DNA of 64,000 nucleotides from Patescibacteria group bacterium (GTDB lineage: Bacteria; Patescibacteriota; Patescibacteriia; Patescibacteriales; UBA12465), in assembly GCA_041661685.1 (NCBI GenBank), contig JBAZTY010000001.1:192691-256690 (forward strand), read 5' to 3'. Of this stretch, positions 53,898 through 63,732 are shown in pieces. The notes beneath the pieces are model-generated. The model ran no database searches, was not told where the DNA came from, and saw only the letters and a list, made by a program, of their open reading frames with translations. The translations under genes were made by a program, and so were the position numbers. Within the stretch, counting starts at the first letter, position 1, and each line of letters begins with the position of its first letter.

Positions 53898-54206
53898 TTA
53901 TTTTGCTTCTTCTAGTGCTTTTACAATCATCTCTATTCTCAAATTTTTCATTTCTTCCTTTAACTGAAGATGAAAACAAATCATCGTTTTTGCAAACATT
54001 AATAGAAAAAATATGAATAAAATTGCAAGAGAAGCAATCACCGACAAAATTACATTAGCAGATAAGACTGGCACTTCTTTCCAATAATGATTGGTGCAAA
54101 TAACAAGGGTTATGCCAGCTCCGAATGATACTGCCGCTATAAGCGCATACCAAAAGGCTAGGTTCGAAATCTGTACAGATAAAGATAATTTTTCTTCAGT
54201 TTTCAT
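53898..54206 (-). CDS. Small membrane protein, hypothetical
   Basis: 102 aa with 3 hydrophobic helices. Confidence 0.4.
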   Translation of the reverse strand: MKTEEKLSLSVQISNLAFWYALIAAVSFGAGITLVICTNHYWKEVPVLSANVILSVIASLAILFIFFLLMFAKTMICFHLQLKEEMKNLRIEMIVKALEEAK

Positions 54207-54325
54207 TTCTATAAGTATTGGTTAATATTCAAATGTCAATTTACTACCATTACTATACTACAAATATTATAAAATGTCAAGATATACGAATAAACATCAA
54301 ATAAAATCCCTAAAATAAGCCAAAT

Positions 54326-56848
54326 ATGCCTGAAAAGGATAAAACTGAAAAATTGATTATCCGCGGCGCGCGGACACATAATCTTAAGAATATAGACCTG
54401 GAAATACCGCATAATAAGCTGACGGTCATTACCGGCGTCTCCGGCAGCGGCAAATCGTCGCTAGCTTTTGATACGATCTTCGCGGAAGGGCAGAGGCAGT
54501 ACGTCGAGTCTTTATCGCCCTATATGCGTCAATTTCTAGGTCAGAAGAAACCGGCCGACGTTGATGAGATGATCGGCTTAGCGCCTTCCATATCCATTGA
54601 CCAGAAAGCCCTATCGCATAATCCGCGTTCCACCGTCGGAACATTGACCGATATCTATGACTACTTGCGCGTCTTATATGCTCGCGTCGGCGAAGTCTTC
54701 TGCCCAGTCTGCGGCACGAAGATTGAAAAACTGACTGTTGAAGAAATGGTCGATATCATCATTAATCGCGGCACTGACTTAAAGGAGGAATACGTGACTA
54801 TCCTGTCTCCGGTCGTCCGCGATCGCAAAGGCGAATATTACCAGCTCCTATATAATTATCTGTCGCTCGGCTATGGCGAATCCCGCATTGATGGAAAATT
54901 CCATTCGCTGCGCGAACAAGTGAAACTGGCGCCGAAACAGAAGCATGATATTGATATCGTGGTTGATAAAGTCATGCTGAATGATCAGACGCGCTTGTTT
55001 GAAGCCGTCGAGAATTCTCTGGAGTATAGCAAAGGACTCTTGATCGCTAAATTCAAAGATCAAGAATTCTTGTTATCGGCGAATTGGACCTGCCCGAACG
55101 ATAATTTCTCTTTCCCGGAAGTTGAGCCGCGCTTATTTTCTTTCAATTCTCCTCATGGCGCTTGCCCGGAATGTACCGGCTTAGGCCGTACCAATTTCTT
55201 CAGCGAAGAACCATGCCCGGAATGCCATGGCCAGCGCCTGCGTCCAGAAGCCTTGTCAGTCAGGATAAATAACAAGAACATCGCCGCCGTCTGCGCCCTG
55301 CCTTTAAAGAAAACTCTGGCCTTCTTCAATTCTTATTACGAAAAAATGACGAAGCGCCAACGCACTATCGCCGAAAACGTCGTCATCCAGATCATCAGCC
55401 GCTTAGAATTCTTATTGAAAGTCGGATTGAATTATTTGTCCCTGGAGCGCGAAGCGCATACTTTATCAGGCGGCGAGGCGCAGCGCATCCGCCTATCTTC
55501 ACAGATTGGATCGCATCTTTCTCGAACTCTCTATGTATTAGATGAACCGACTATCGGCTTGCATGAACGCGATACTGATCGCTTGATAGAAACTCTCAAA
55601 GCTCTGCGTGATAAACATAATACCGTCATCATCGTGGAACACGATGAAAGGACTATTCTAGAATCTGACTATCTAGTCGACCTCGGCCCTCTGGCTGGCG
55701 TTCATGGCGGTGAAGTCGTCGCTATCGGCAACACCCGGGATCTATTAAAAGAAGAGAAGAATAAAGAAGCTGCAAAAAAATCCCTGACACTGCAATATCT
55801 TTACGGCCATAAAGAAATTTCCATACCGGACAAGCGCCGGGAGCAGAATCATGGCTCCTTGAAAATTCGCGGCGCTTACGCGAATAACTTAAAGAACCTG
55901 AACGTTGATATTCCGCTCGGCCGCCTGGTCGGCATCAGCGGCGTTTCTGGAAGCGGAAAATCATCGCTACTTTACGATGTCCTTTATAAAAATATCACCC
56001 ACATCAAGAATCGCCCGGGCAATGCCAAGCTAGAACATATCAAAGAACTTAAAGGCGCGGAATATATCAATAAAGTAGTCGTCATCGACCAGTCGCCAAT
56101 CGGCCGCACCCCGCGCTCTAACCCCGCTACCTATACCGGCATCTTTACCCCGATCCGTGATTTCTTCGCCTCTCTCCCCGAATCCCGTGAACGCGGCTAT
56201 TCTATCGGACGTTTCTCCTTCAATCGCCCAGGCGGCCGCTGTGAGGCCTGCGAAGGCGCCGGAGCCAACCTGATTGAGATGCACTTCCTGCCGCCAGTGC
56301 TGGTTGAATGCGAAGTCTGCCGCGGCAAGCGTTTCAACCGCGAAACTCTGCAAGTCAAATATAAAGGCAAGAATATCTCTGAAGTTCTAGATTCAACCAT
56401 TGATGAAGCGATTGAACATTTTGAAGGCAATTATTTCATTACCGATAAATTAAAGGTTCTGCAATCTGTCGGCCTCGGTTATCTGAAGATCGGCCAAAGC
56501 GCGACGACTTTATCGGGCGGCGAAGCCCAGCGCATCAAGATCGCCAAGGAATTGACGCATACTTTAGGGAAGCGTACTCTCTATCTTTTAGATGAACCGA
56601 CGACCGGACTGCATTATCATGATATTGATATGCTGCTCTCAGTCTTGAATAAGCTAGTAGAGAAAGGGAACTCGGTCCTAGTGATTGAGCATAATATGCA
56701 CATGCTCAAGGCCATGGATTATATTATTGATCTTGGTCCAGAGGGCGGGGAAGAAGGCGGACGCTTAGTCGCTAGCGGCGCCCCGGAAGATATCGCGCGC
56801 GCCGAAGAAAGCATTACTGGAAAATACTTAAAAGAATATCTGAAATAA
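54326..56848 (+). CDS. uvrA: Excinuclease ABC subunit A
   Basis: Two ABC modules (GVSGSGKSS appears twice, LSGGEAQR appears twice) and zinc modules CPVCG...CPECTGLG and CEACEGAG...CEVCRGKR. 840 aa. Confidence 0.92.
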   Translation: MPEKDKTEKLIIRGARTHNLKNIDLEIPHNKLTVITGVSGSGKSSLAFDTIFAEGQRQYVESLSPYMRQFLGQKKPADVDEMIGLAPSISIDQKALSHNPRSTVGTLTDIYDYLRVLYARVGEVFCPVCGTKIEKLTVEEMVDIIINRGTDLKEEYVTILSPVVRDRKGEYYQLLYNYLSLGYGESRIDGKFHSLREQVKLAPKQKHDIDIVVDKVMLNDQTRLFEAVENSLEYSKGLLIAKFKDQEFLLSANWTCPNDNFSFPEVEPRLFSFNSPHGACPECTGLGRTNFFSEEPCPECHGQRLRPEALSVRINNKNIAAVCALPLKKTLAFFNSYYEKMTKRQRTIAENVVIQIISRLEFLLKVGLNYLSLEREAHTLSGGEAQRIRLSSQIGSHLSRTLYVLDEPTIGLHERDTDRLIETLKALRDKHNTVIIVEHDERTILESDYLVDLGPLAGVHGGEVVAIGNTRDLLKEEKNKEAAKKSLTLQYLYGHKEISIPDKRREQNHGSLKIRGAYANNLKNLNVDIPLGRLVGISGVSGSGKSSLLYDVLYKNITHIKNRPGNAKLEHIKELKGAEYINKVVVIDQSPIGRTPRSNPATYTGIFTPIRDFFASLPESRERGYSIGRFSFNRPGGRCEACEGAGANLIEMHFLPPVLVECEVCRGKRFNRETLQVKYKGKNISEVLDSTIDEAIEHFEGNYFITDKLKVLQSVGLGYLKIGQSATTLSGGEAQRIKIAKELTHTLGKRTLYLLDEPTTGLHYHDIDMLLSVLNKLVEKGNSVLVIEHNMHMLKAMDYIIDLGPEGGEEGGRLVASGAPEDIARAEESITGKYLKEYLK

Positions 56849-56850
56849 CT

Positions 56851-57711
56851 ATGACTTTACCAATTCTTTTCGCCTTCGGGGCGATGCTCGGCTGGGGAAT
56901 CGGAGACTTTCTGATCCAAAGGACTGTCCGGAAAATCGGCGCCGTCGGAACCTTATTATGGATAACGCTTTTTAGTTCCTTGGCCTTATTGCCTTTTGTC
57001 TTTAATGACATATCGTCGCTCACTTCAAGACAGATAATCAATCTGGTTATTTTAGGAATAGCCGGCTTTGCCAGCGGCTTCGTCCACATGAAAGCTCTGC
57101 GTGTCGGCAAGCTCTCGGTGGTAGAAATAATTCTATCGGTTGAATTACCTTTAACTATCCTATTAGGAATAATCTTCTTCGCGGAGAGATTAAATCTAAT
57201 GCAGGTTATACTGATCATTATCCTATTCATCGGTATCATCTTAGTATCCGTCGATTTTACGAAAATCAGCAAGAAAGATTTTTTAGAAAAGGGATCTCTA
57301 TTGGCCCTATTGTCATCAGCTCTAGTCGCCTTAGTGAATTTCTTGACCGCTACTCAAGCTAAAGAAATCAGCCCGATCATGGCCTTATGGCTGCCGTGGC
57401 TGGCCTGCGGCTTATTCAGCGGCGGCTATATCATCAGTCGTGAAAAATTGTCGCCGTTCTTGAAGACTTGCCGGATCAATTGGAAGCTCATTCTCGCTAT
57501 GGTCATCGTGGATACGGCCGCCTGGGTCTTCTATGTCTTCGCGGTCGCCGAAAAAGAATTATCGATCATTGTTGCCATTACCGAAAGCTTCGTGGTGATT
57601 GCTCTGATTCTCGGCGTAGTCTTTAACAAGGAGAAGGTTAATAAGATCCAATACTTCGGCGCCGGATTGGCGATCGCCTGCAGCTTATTGATCGGATTGA
57701 TAAGCAAATAA
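56851..57711 (+). CDS. EamA/DMT-family transporter
   Basis: 10 TM helices arranged as two EamA-like halves. Confidence 0.7.
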   Translation: MTLPILFAFGAMLGWGIGDFLIQRTVRKIGAVGTLLWITLFSSLALLPFVFNDISSLTSRQIINLVILGIAGFASGFVHMKALRVGKLSVVEIILSVELPLTILLGIIFFAERLNLMQVILIIILFIGIILVSVDFTKISKKDFLEKGSLLALLSSALVALVNFLTATQAKEISPIMALWLPWLACGLFSGGYIISREKLSPFLKTCRINWKLILAMVIVDTAAWVFYVFAVAEKELSIIVAITESFVVIALILGVVFNKEKVNKIQYFGAGLAIACSLLIGLISK

Positions 57712-57712
57712 T

Positions 57713-58951
57713 ATGCCCCATAATCTCAAAGACAAATTAAAAACCATTCCCAAGAAACCCGGAATCTACTTTTGGCTGGATAAGGCTGGGAAAATCTTAT
57801 ATATCGGCCGAGCGACTAGTTTGCATAATCGTCTCAGCCAATATTTCCAGAAGAATATCGACCCGCGCATCGCCGAGATGGTTTCTCTAGCGGCGAATAT
57901 TAAATATGAAGAAACGGAAAGCCTTCTAGAAGCGATAATCTTGGAAGCGAAGAACATCAAGAAGTATTGGCCGAAATATAATGTCAAAGATAAGGACGAC
58001 CGCTCTTTCATTTATGTCGTCATTCCTAAAACTTATTTTCCTAAGCCGCTCATTGTCCGCGGCACAGATTTAAAAAAATTTTCCGGCTCATCCTCGTCAA
58101 TGAATAAGAAAAGCCAAGCAAAAGTTTTCGGCCCTTATCAATCTTTCTATCTGATCCAAGCCGCCTTGCGCTTGATCCGCCGCGTTTTCCCATACGGCAC
58201 TTGCGTTCCGGCTGGCGCAGCCGGGAACCCCGATGGCAAAGCTTGCTTTGATTATCAGATCGGATTATGCCCAGGCGCTTGCGTCGGCGTCATTTCTAAA
58301 AAGGACTATCAAAAAAATATCAATAATATTATCCTCTTGCTTTCCGGAGAGAAGAAACGCCTGATCAGTAAATTAAAGAAGGAAAATCCGGATAAAATCA
58401 AGGCGCTGAAGCATTTGCAAGATGTCGCGCTTCTGACTCGTGAAGACGATCTAGGAGAACATAAGATCAGCCGCCTGGAAGGCTACGATATCTCGCATCA
58501 TGCCGGCAAAGAGACATATGGCTCGATGGTCGTTTTTGAAAACGGAGAAGTCGCCAAGAATGAGTATCGCTTATTCAAAATAAAAGAAGCTCCGGCTGGC
58601 GATGACGAACGGGCGCTGAGCGAGATGCTCTTGCGCCGCTTTAAGCATAATGAATGGCCGGCGCCGGATATGATCATGATTGATGGCGGAGCGCCGCAGA
58701 TAAGCTTTCTTTCCCGTGCTTTCAAAGCTAATAATATAAACATCCCCTTAGTAGGAATATCAAAATTAGGCGGCGATAAGTTGGTCTTTACGCCGGAGAC
58801 GAAGAAGCCGTTGCGCGGCTTAGCGGAAAATATCAAGCCGACTCTCTTGAAATTAAGGGAAGAGGCGCATCGTTTCGCTAATCGCGGACGAATGCGAGCG
58901 AAGATATCCCCGAAAAAGATACCTAGTCCAAAAATCAGCAATAAGCTATAA
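57713..58951 (+). CDS. uvrC: Excinuclease ABC subunit C, compact form (GIY-YIG plus RNase H-like endonuclease domain; no UVR domain, no C-terminal HhH)
   Basis: GIYFWLDKAGKILYIGRATSLHNRLSQYF, then CFDYQIGLCPGAC, then LEGYDISHHAGKETYGSMVVF and REEAHRFANRGR. Only 412 aa against about 600 in canonical UvrC. Confidence 0.85.
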   Translation: MPHNLKDKLKTIPKKPGIYFWLDKAGKILYIGRATSLHNRLSQYFQKNIDPRIAEMVSLAANIKYEETESLLEAIILEAKNIKKYWPKYNVKDKDDRSFIYVVIPKTYFPKPLIVRGTDLKKFSGSSSSMNKKSQAKVFGPYQSFYLIQAALRLIRRVFPYGTCVPAGAAGNPDGKACFDYQIGLCPGACVGVISKKDYQKNINNIILLLSGEKKRLISKLKKENPDKIKALKHLQDVALLTREDDLGEHKISRLEGYDISHHAGKETYGSMVVFENGEVAKNEYRLFKIKEAPAGDDERALSEMLLRRFKHNEWPAPDMIMIDGGAPQISFLSRAFKANNINIPLVGISKLGGDKLVFTPETKKPLRGLAENIKPTLLKLREEAHRFANRGRMRAKISPKKIPSPKISNKL

Positions 58952-58990
58952 TAAGGATAGATTTAAATAATCTAATAATTAATAAATCGT

Positions 58991-59725
58991 ATGAAAAAAA
59001 CCTACGTTTTTCTAGCGACCCTCGGCATCTTGGCGGTCACCGCTATGGTCGTCGTCGCTATCGTAATGGCGCTTAAAGCCAATAACCAGGATCGCTTCTC
59101 GGTTACTGGCACGGGCACAGTCTATGCTAAAGCCGATATTGCTAATTTAGAGATCGGCTTAAAGACCGGCGTCAAGAAGACGGCCGCCGAAGCGACTACC
59201 GAAAGCACTAATAAGATGAACACAATCATTACGGCCGTCAAAGCTCTAGGCGTTGAGGACAAAGATATCAAGACCAGTAATTATTCTTTAAACCCGGTTT
59301 ATAACTATACTCAGACTAAGGGCCAAGAACTAATCGGCTATGAAGTTAATCAGAACGTAACTTTAAAGATTCGCGACTTGAACAAGATCGGCGATATCAT
59401 CACCAAGACGACCGAAAAAGGCGCGAACCAAATCGGCAATATCAGCTTCACTATTGATGATGAATATGATCTTAAGAACCAGGCCAGGGAATTAGCTATT
59501 GAAAAGGCTAAAGAAAAAGCCATGATGATTGCTGAACAGTCCGGCATGAAATTAGGAGAAGTGAAGAGCGTTTCAGAAAACTCTGCTCCAATCATCTATC
59601 CGATGTATACTAACGCCAAGATGGAAATGGCAACTGGCGCGGGCGATAGCTTATCCGCTCCTTCTATCCAGTCTGGTCAGAACGAGATCAAAGTAGAGGC
59701 TACCTTGGTTTACGAAGTAAAATAA
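58991..59725 (+). CDS. SIMPL/DUF541 domain protein (26-kDa periplasmic immunogenic protein-like)
   Basis: N-terminal TM. FSVTGTGTVYAKADIANLEIGL and the typical SIMPL alpha/beta pattern. Confidence 0.7.
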   Translation: MKKTYVFLATLGILAVTAMVVVAIVMALKANNQDRFSVTGTGTVYAKADIANLEIGLKTGVKKTAAEATTESTNKMNTIITAVKALGVEDKDIKTSNYSLNPVYNYTQTKGQELIGYEVNQNVTLKIRDLNKIGDIITKTTEKGANQIGNISFTIDDEYDLKNQARELAIEKAKEKAMMIAEQSGMKLGEVKSVSENSAPIIYPMYTNAKMEMATGAGDSLSAPSIQSGQNEIKVEATLVYEVK

Positions 59726-59748
59726 CAAGCTAAAAAATTAACGAAATG

Positions 59749-59779
59749 AAAAACCGCTCGCACATTGGGGCGGTTTTTC
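59749..59779 (+). terminator. Rho-independent terminator
   Basis: AAACCGC...GCGGTTT stem followed by TTTT. Confidence 0.7.
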
Positions 59780-59798
59780 GTATCTGACCCAGAACTCC

Positions 59799-59968
59799 TT
59801 GACAAATATATATAATCTGCTAATATATCAATGTAATTAAATATTGCCATAGACAGCCAGCCTTTCGGGAGAGCCAATGGCTCAACCAAATATAAGTCTC
59901 GCCGAGGTACAAATACTCAATTTTAAGTATTTTTTCTTCTGATGTCTGTGGTAAGCCACAGATTTTTT
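59799..59968 (+). promoter_or_regulatory. rplJ promoter plus structured 5' leader ending in an attenuator hairpin (L10-leader-like)
   Basis: TTGACA (59799-59804), 16 nt spacer, TAATAT (59821-59826). An approximately 150-nt leader contains GC-rich paired segments (GCCAGCCTTTCGGGAGAGCCAATGGCTC). TCTGTGG-taag-CCACAGA plus TTTTTT at 59945-59968 ends 16 nt (59969-59984) before the rplJ ATG at 59985. Confidence 0.55.
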
Positions 59969-59984
59969 AATATTATAGATATAT

Positions 59985-60512
59985 ATGCCAAAGAACAAAA
60001 TTCAAAAGGGAGAGATCTTCCGCAACATGAGCGAGAAGATTAAGAAGTCCAAGTCGATGGTGTTCGCGGGCTTTAATGCTTTAGGCGTTAAGGATAACGA
60101 GAATTTACGCGATAAGTTAAGGGAAGTTGGCAGCGAATATTACGTCGCCAAGAAGACCTTAATGAACCTAGCCTTGAAAGAGAATAAGATAGATATTAAT
60201 GTCAGAGATTTCGACGGCAAAGTCGCGGCTATCTTTTCCTACGAAGATGAAGTCGCTCCAGCCAAGGTCCTTGGTACTTTCCGCAAGGATAAAGACAAGG
60301 GAGGCCGCATCTTCTTCTTAGGAGGCATCCTGGAAGGGAAGCTCCTTTCTAAGAAAGAGGTGGAGGCTTTATCTGAATTACCGAGCAAGCATGAGCTGTA
60401 TGCCAGATTAGTCGGTTCTATCAATGCTCCGATTTCCGGCTTCGTCAATGCTTTAGGCGGCAATCTGCGCAACTTGGTAAATGTCTTGAAAGCAATCGAA
60501 GAGAAAAAATAA
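59985..60512 (+). CDS. rplJ: 50S ribosomal protein L10
   Basis: 175 aa with typical L10 sequence (..VFAGFNALGVKDNENLRDKLRE..YYVAKKTL). Followed by rplL. Confidence 0.92.
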   Translation: MPKNKIQKGEIFRNMSEKIKKSKSMVFAGFNALGVKDNENLRDKLREVGSEYYVAKKTLMNLALKENKIDINVRDFDGKVAAIFSYEDEVAPAKVLGTFRKDKDKGGRIFFLGGILEGKLLSKKEVEALSELPSKHELYARLVGSINAPISGFVNALGGNLRNLVNVLKAIEEKK

Positions 60513-60546
60513 TTAATTAATATAAATAATATTTAATTTTAAACGT

Positions 60547-60939
60547 ATGGAAGAGAAAAATGTCATCGTTCCGGCGAAATTCGAAAAATTAGTCGGCGAA
60601 ATCGAGAAGATGAGCGTTCTAGACTTAGCGGAACTTGTTAAGATTTTAGAAGAGAAGTTCGGCGTTAGCGCTTCTGCTCCAGCCATGATGATGGCTGCCG
60701 CTCCGGCCGCTGCCGCGGTTGAAGAGAAGGATGCTTTCGATGTCGAGATCACTGATGGCGGTGCCAGCAAGATCAATGTCATCAAAGCTGTCCGTGAATT
60801 GACCGAGATGGGCTTGAAGGAAGCTAAAGACTTAGTCGATGGCGCTCCGAAAGTCTTGAAGGAAGGCGTTAAGAAGGCTGAAGCCGAAGCTATGAAGAAG
60901 AAATTAGAAGAAGCTGGCGCTAAGGTCACATTAAAGTAA
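60547..60939 (+). CDS. rplL: 50S ribosomal protein L7/L12
   Basis: Ala-rich hinge ([17 protein letters not shown]) and a C-terminal domain [52 protein letters not shown]. Confidence 0.95.
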   Translation: MEEKNVIVPAKFEKLVGEIEKMSVLDLAELVKILEEKFGVSASAPAMMMAAAPAAAAVEEKDAFDVEITDGGASKINVIKAVRELTEMGLKEAKDLVDGAPKVLKEGVKKAEAEAMKKKLEEAGAKVTLK

Positions 60940-60972
60940 TCTACTACTTTCTCACTCAGGATTTTTCCTGTG

Positions 60973-61002
60973 AAAAAACCAACCTAACGGTTGGTTTTTT
61001 TG
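60973..61002 (+). terminator. Rho-independent terminator of rplJL
   Basis: aaaaaaCCAACCtaacGGTTGGttttttt. Confidence 0.85.
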
Positions 61003-61065
61003 TACGTAAAAATATTCGTTCGAAAATAGTAGATTACTTAACCATGGCATCAGTAGCCTCATAAG

Positions 61066-61298
61066 CAATAAAAAAGGATTCCGATGTTTGGAATCCTTAA
61101 TTTTTTATAAGTTACCGCCAACTTTAGTCTCGCCATTTTAGTGTAAAACGGGGACAAAACTTACCCGATATTTATTTTATTTGAGATGATCGGGGCCGGT
61201 GTTTCATATGTAGTGGAGCCGTGTGCTACCTACGGGCACACGAATAGTGCAAAACGATAAACCATGTTTTTTGTTTTAGTTTATTTTTAAAACAACTA
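61066..61298 (-). ncRNA. Candidate small RNA bounded by a consensus promoter and an intrinsic terminator (class unknown)
   Basis: On the minus strand: TTGACA (61334-61329), 17 nt spacer, TAATAT (61311-61306). This is nearly identical to the rplJ promoter. The terminator is AAGGATTCC-7 nt-GGAATCCTT (61074-61098) followed on the minus strand by TTTTTTATT. Internal hairpins GTGTGC..GCACAC and CCCGAT..ATCGGG. No credible ORF. Confidence 0.4.
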
Positions 61299-61349
61299 TG
61301 AATATATATTAGCATATAATAATATATTTGTCAATAGGTAAATATTATT

Positions 61350-61378
61350 AAAAAACAGCCTAGATGAGCTGTTTTTAT
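61350..61378. terminator. Hairpin terminator downstream of the minus-strand gene 61404-63650
   Basis: aaaaaACAGC-ctagatga-GCTGTttttt, flanked by an A-run and a T-run, so it could work on either strand. Confidence 0.65.
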
Positions 61379-61403
61379 TTATTTTATAATTTTAGAGAAA
61401 TTA

Positions 61404-63650
61404 TTATTTCAACCCTATCTTATAAACCGCATCACCATCCAAGAAATAAGCGGCCTTGCCGGACTCATCTACTGTCACGTCTTTAGCCGACCCGAGAGAA
61501 TCGATAATATACTGATTGACCAAAGATCCGGTTTTCTTGGATAGCACGGCTAAACGCTTAGAGGCGGCCTCGAAAACATAGAGATAATTCGTGCCCACGA
61601 TAAGCTTATTGGCGCTAGTCATGATTGGAGATATAGCCGTAGCGCCATATTCGACAGTCTTACCCTTAGTGAATTTCAGAATAGAGCCGTCAACTTTTAG
61701 GACATAAATATCGCCATCTATCCCTAAATCAATCGCCTGGCTCAAATCAGCGCTATCCTTGAGCCAATCTGTCTTAGCGCTGAAACCCTTATTATTCACG
61801 TAAGAATAAATCTGATTCTTATCCTTAGCAATCGAATATAATTTTCCGTTATAAATCTTGAAGCTGACTAAACTGGAAGCCGCGTCTAGCTTGGCCGTGC
61901 TGATCAGGCTATTAGCTTTAGTCTTGAAAATCAACTCGGCGATATTTCCAGCATCCCAATAATGAATAAGGTCCTTATGATAATCTTTATGCGGGTTAGC
62001 TAGATTAGTCGCGCCTTTGATATCTATCTTAGTGGAAGAAGAGCTATTCGGCGTCAAAGCGTAGACCGTCGCTCCTCCAGCAGCATAAATCTTCCCGGCA
62101 ACAAAAGCCAGATTATTGATACCTAAACCAATCAGATCATTAATCTTGTCGGCCGAAGCGACCCTGACTATCTTCTGAAGCTTCTCGGCGTCGGCTGCCA
62201 GTTTAACAGATAACTCTTGATAGGCCGCTTTATGGCTATCAGAATCTTGCGGCAATGAGGCTAAGAGGTTTTGCGCTTCTACCAGTATTCCGGTCGCGCC
62301 AGTCTCATCGTCATACAGCAGATGAGCAGCAATCTCATTTTCCTTATCATTAATGGCCGTAATCAGGCCGTTAAAATTAGCTTCCTCGGTGGCGCGATTA
62401 TGATTCAAATTCGTGGTTATTATACTGATTGCCAGGACGACAACGGCTACTCCTAAGACGGCAAAAAGCAAACGATTCTTCTTATTGAGCGACATTAATC
62501 TAGATTTGAAAAATCTGCCGATAGCCGACCAGATATGGCCGCTGAATAATCCGGCTAAAGCGGAACCGATATTCTTGAACCCGGAGACAACGGCCCCTGA
62601 ACGTTTTTTGGAGTAGACCTTATCCGGACCAGAGAAAGATCCGACGCCAGCCATACTCATACTCTTAATCGAACCGAGATCAAGGGGCGGCTGCACGGTT
62701 CTGTCTTCTTCCTGATGGATATATTTCTTCTGCGGCCGAGCCGATTTAGCGCGCCAATCCTTAAAAGCGTTCTGCGCTCCTTTAACCATGCCGGAAAGAT
62801 TGATTAGTCCGGCCGGAGCGAGCATGCGTTCAGTCTTCTGCTCGGTATAATTAAGCGAAGAGATAGAACTATGAGCCGAAGATTCTTCCAAATCTTCTTT
62901 AGCGTCCGGAGCCGCTAATCCGACCGTATTCTTGATGATTATTCCTAAAAAAGGGATATAAGTATTAACTTTAGCTAAGACGTTCTTAATCTGTTCGGCG
63001 GCGGCCAAGGGCGGAAGCTTGGTAACGATGCTTATCATCTCTTTATTAGAAAGATATTCCGGCAAGGCTTCGTTGCTGAGCACGAAATAAGAAGAGAAGG
63101 GAATCTCGCCGCTGATGACCGAAGAGAATAATTTAGGCGCACGAGACGGCGCCGCTTCGGCATCGCTTTCGCCCGCTAACGCCTCGGCAGCATTAGCTTC
63201 GACATTGATTATCTCATACTCATCGCCGCGCCGAAAAACTAATAGGGCGCGATTATGCCCGAAATTGGCAAAATGAATCTTATTCTCGTAAACGACGCCG
63301 ATGGTCAAATTAGTAGCCGCCGGATTAAGCCGAACCCTCTCGCTAACCAAAAAATCCGCCAAATCGCGATTAGTCTTGGTGACAGCCGCCTCAAAGATGT
63401 TCTCAATCTTCAAGCCCGGAATCTTGTCTTTGAAAAGTATCTTCTCGTCGTTATAATAATTATCGTTAAGAGCCATCACCAGGAAATCAAAGACTTTCTG
63501 GCCTTCAGTCTTCTTGCCGCCTATTTCCCCCAAGACGAATATCTTGCCGGCCTGGTTTTCTTTTAGGGTATCAGGCTGAGCGACAAAAACATCGCTCAGG
63601 CCGACGGCCTTAGCAGAGTTTAAAATGATTGAAGAAATCTTATTATACAT
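61404..63650 (-). CDS. Large single-pass membrane protein: degenerate PP2C-like cytoplasmic N-domain, TM, extracytoplasmic beta-rich (propeller-like) C-domain
   Basis: 748 aa with a central TM (LLFAVLGVAVVVLAISIITT). The N-terminal region follows a PPM-like pattern (NLTIGVVYENKIHFANFGHNRALLVFRRG...FVLSNEALPEYLS). The C-terminal half has repeated hydrophobic beta-strand segments. The functional call is weak. Confidence 0.5.
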   Translation of the reverse strand: MYNKISSIILNSAKAVGLSDVFVAQPDTLKENQAGKIFVLGEIGGKKTEGQKVFDFLVMALNDNYYNDEKILFKDKIPGLKIENIFEAAVTKTNRDLADFLVSERVRLNPAATNLTIGVVYENKIHFANFGHNRALLVFRRGDEYEIINVEANAAEALAGESDAEAAPSRAPKLFSSVISGEIPFSSYFVLSNEALPEYLSNKEMISIVTKLPPLAAAEQIKNVLAKVNTYIPFLGIIIKNTVGLAAPDAKEDLEESSAHSSISSLNYTEQKTERMLAPAGLINLSGMVKGAQNAFKDWRAKSARPQKKYIHQEEDRTVQPPLDLGSIKSMSMAGVGSFSGPDKVYSKKRSGAVVSGFKNIGSALAGLFSGHIWSAIGRFFKSRLMSLNKKNRLLFAVLGVAVVVLAISIITTNLNHNRATEEANFNGLITAINDKENEIAAHLLYDDETGATGILVEAQNLLASLPQDSDSHKAAYQELSVKLAADAEKLQKIVRVASADKINDLIGLGINNLAFVAGKIYAAGGATVYALTPNSSSSTKIDIKGATNLANPHKDYHKDLIHYWDAGNIAELIFKTKANSLISTAKLDAASSLVSFKIYNGKLYSIAKDKNQIYSYVNNKGFSAKTDWLKDSADLSQAIDLGIDGDIYVLKVDGSILKFTKGKTVEYGATAISPIMTSANKLIVGTNYLYVFEAASKRLAVLSKKTGSLVNQYIIDSLGSAKDVTVDESGKAAYFLDGDAVYKIGLK

Positions 63651-63732
63651 AAGAAAAAAGAGGAATCAGGCCCATTTTTTGGTTTGACTGTTTCTTATGA
63701 ATATTATACTATAAACTCATAAATAAAGAAAT

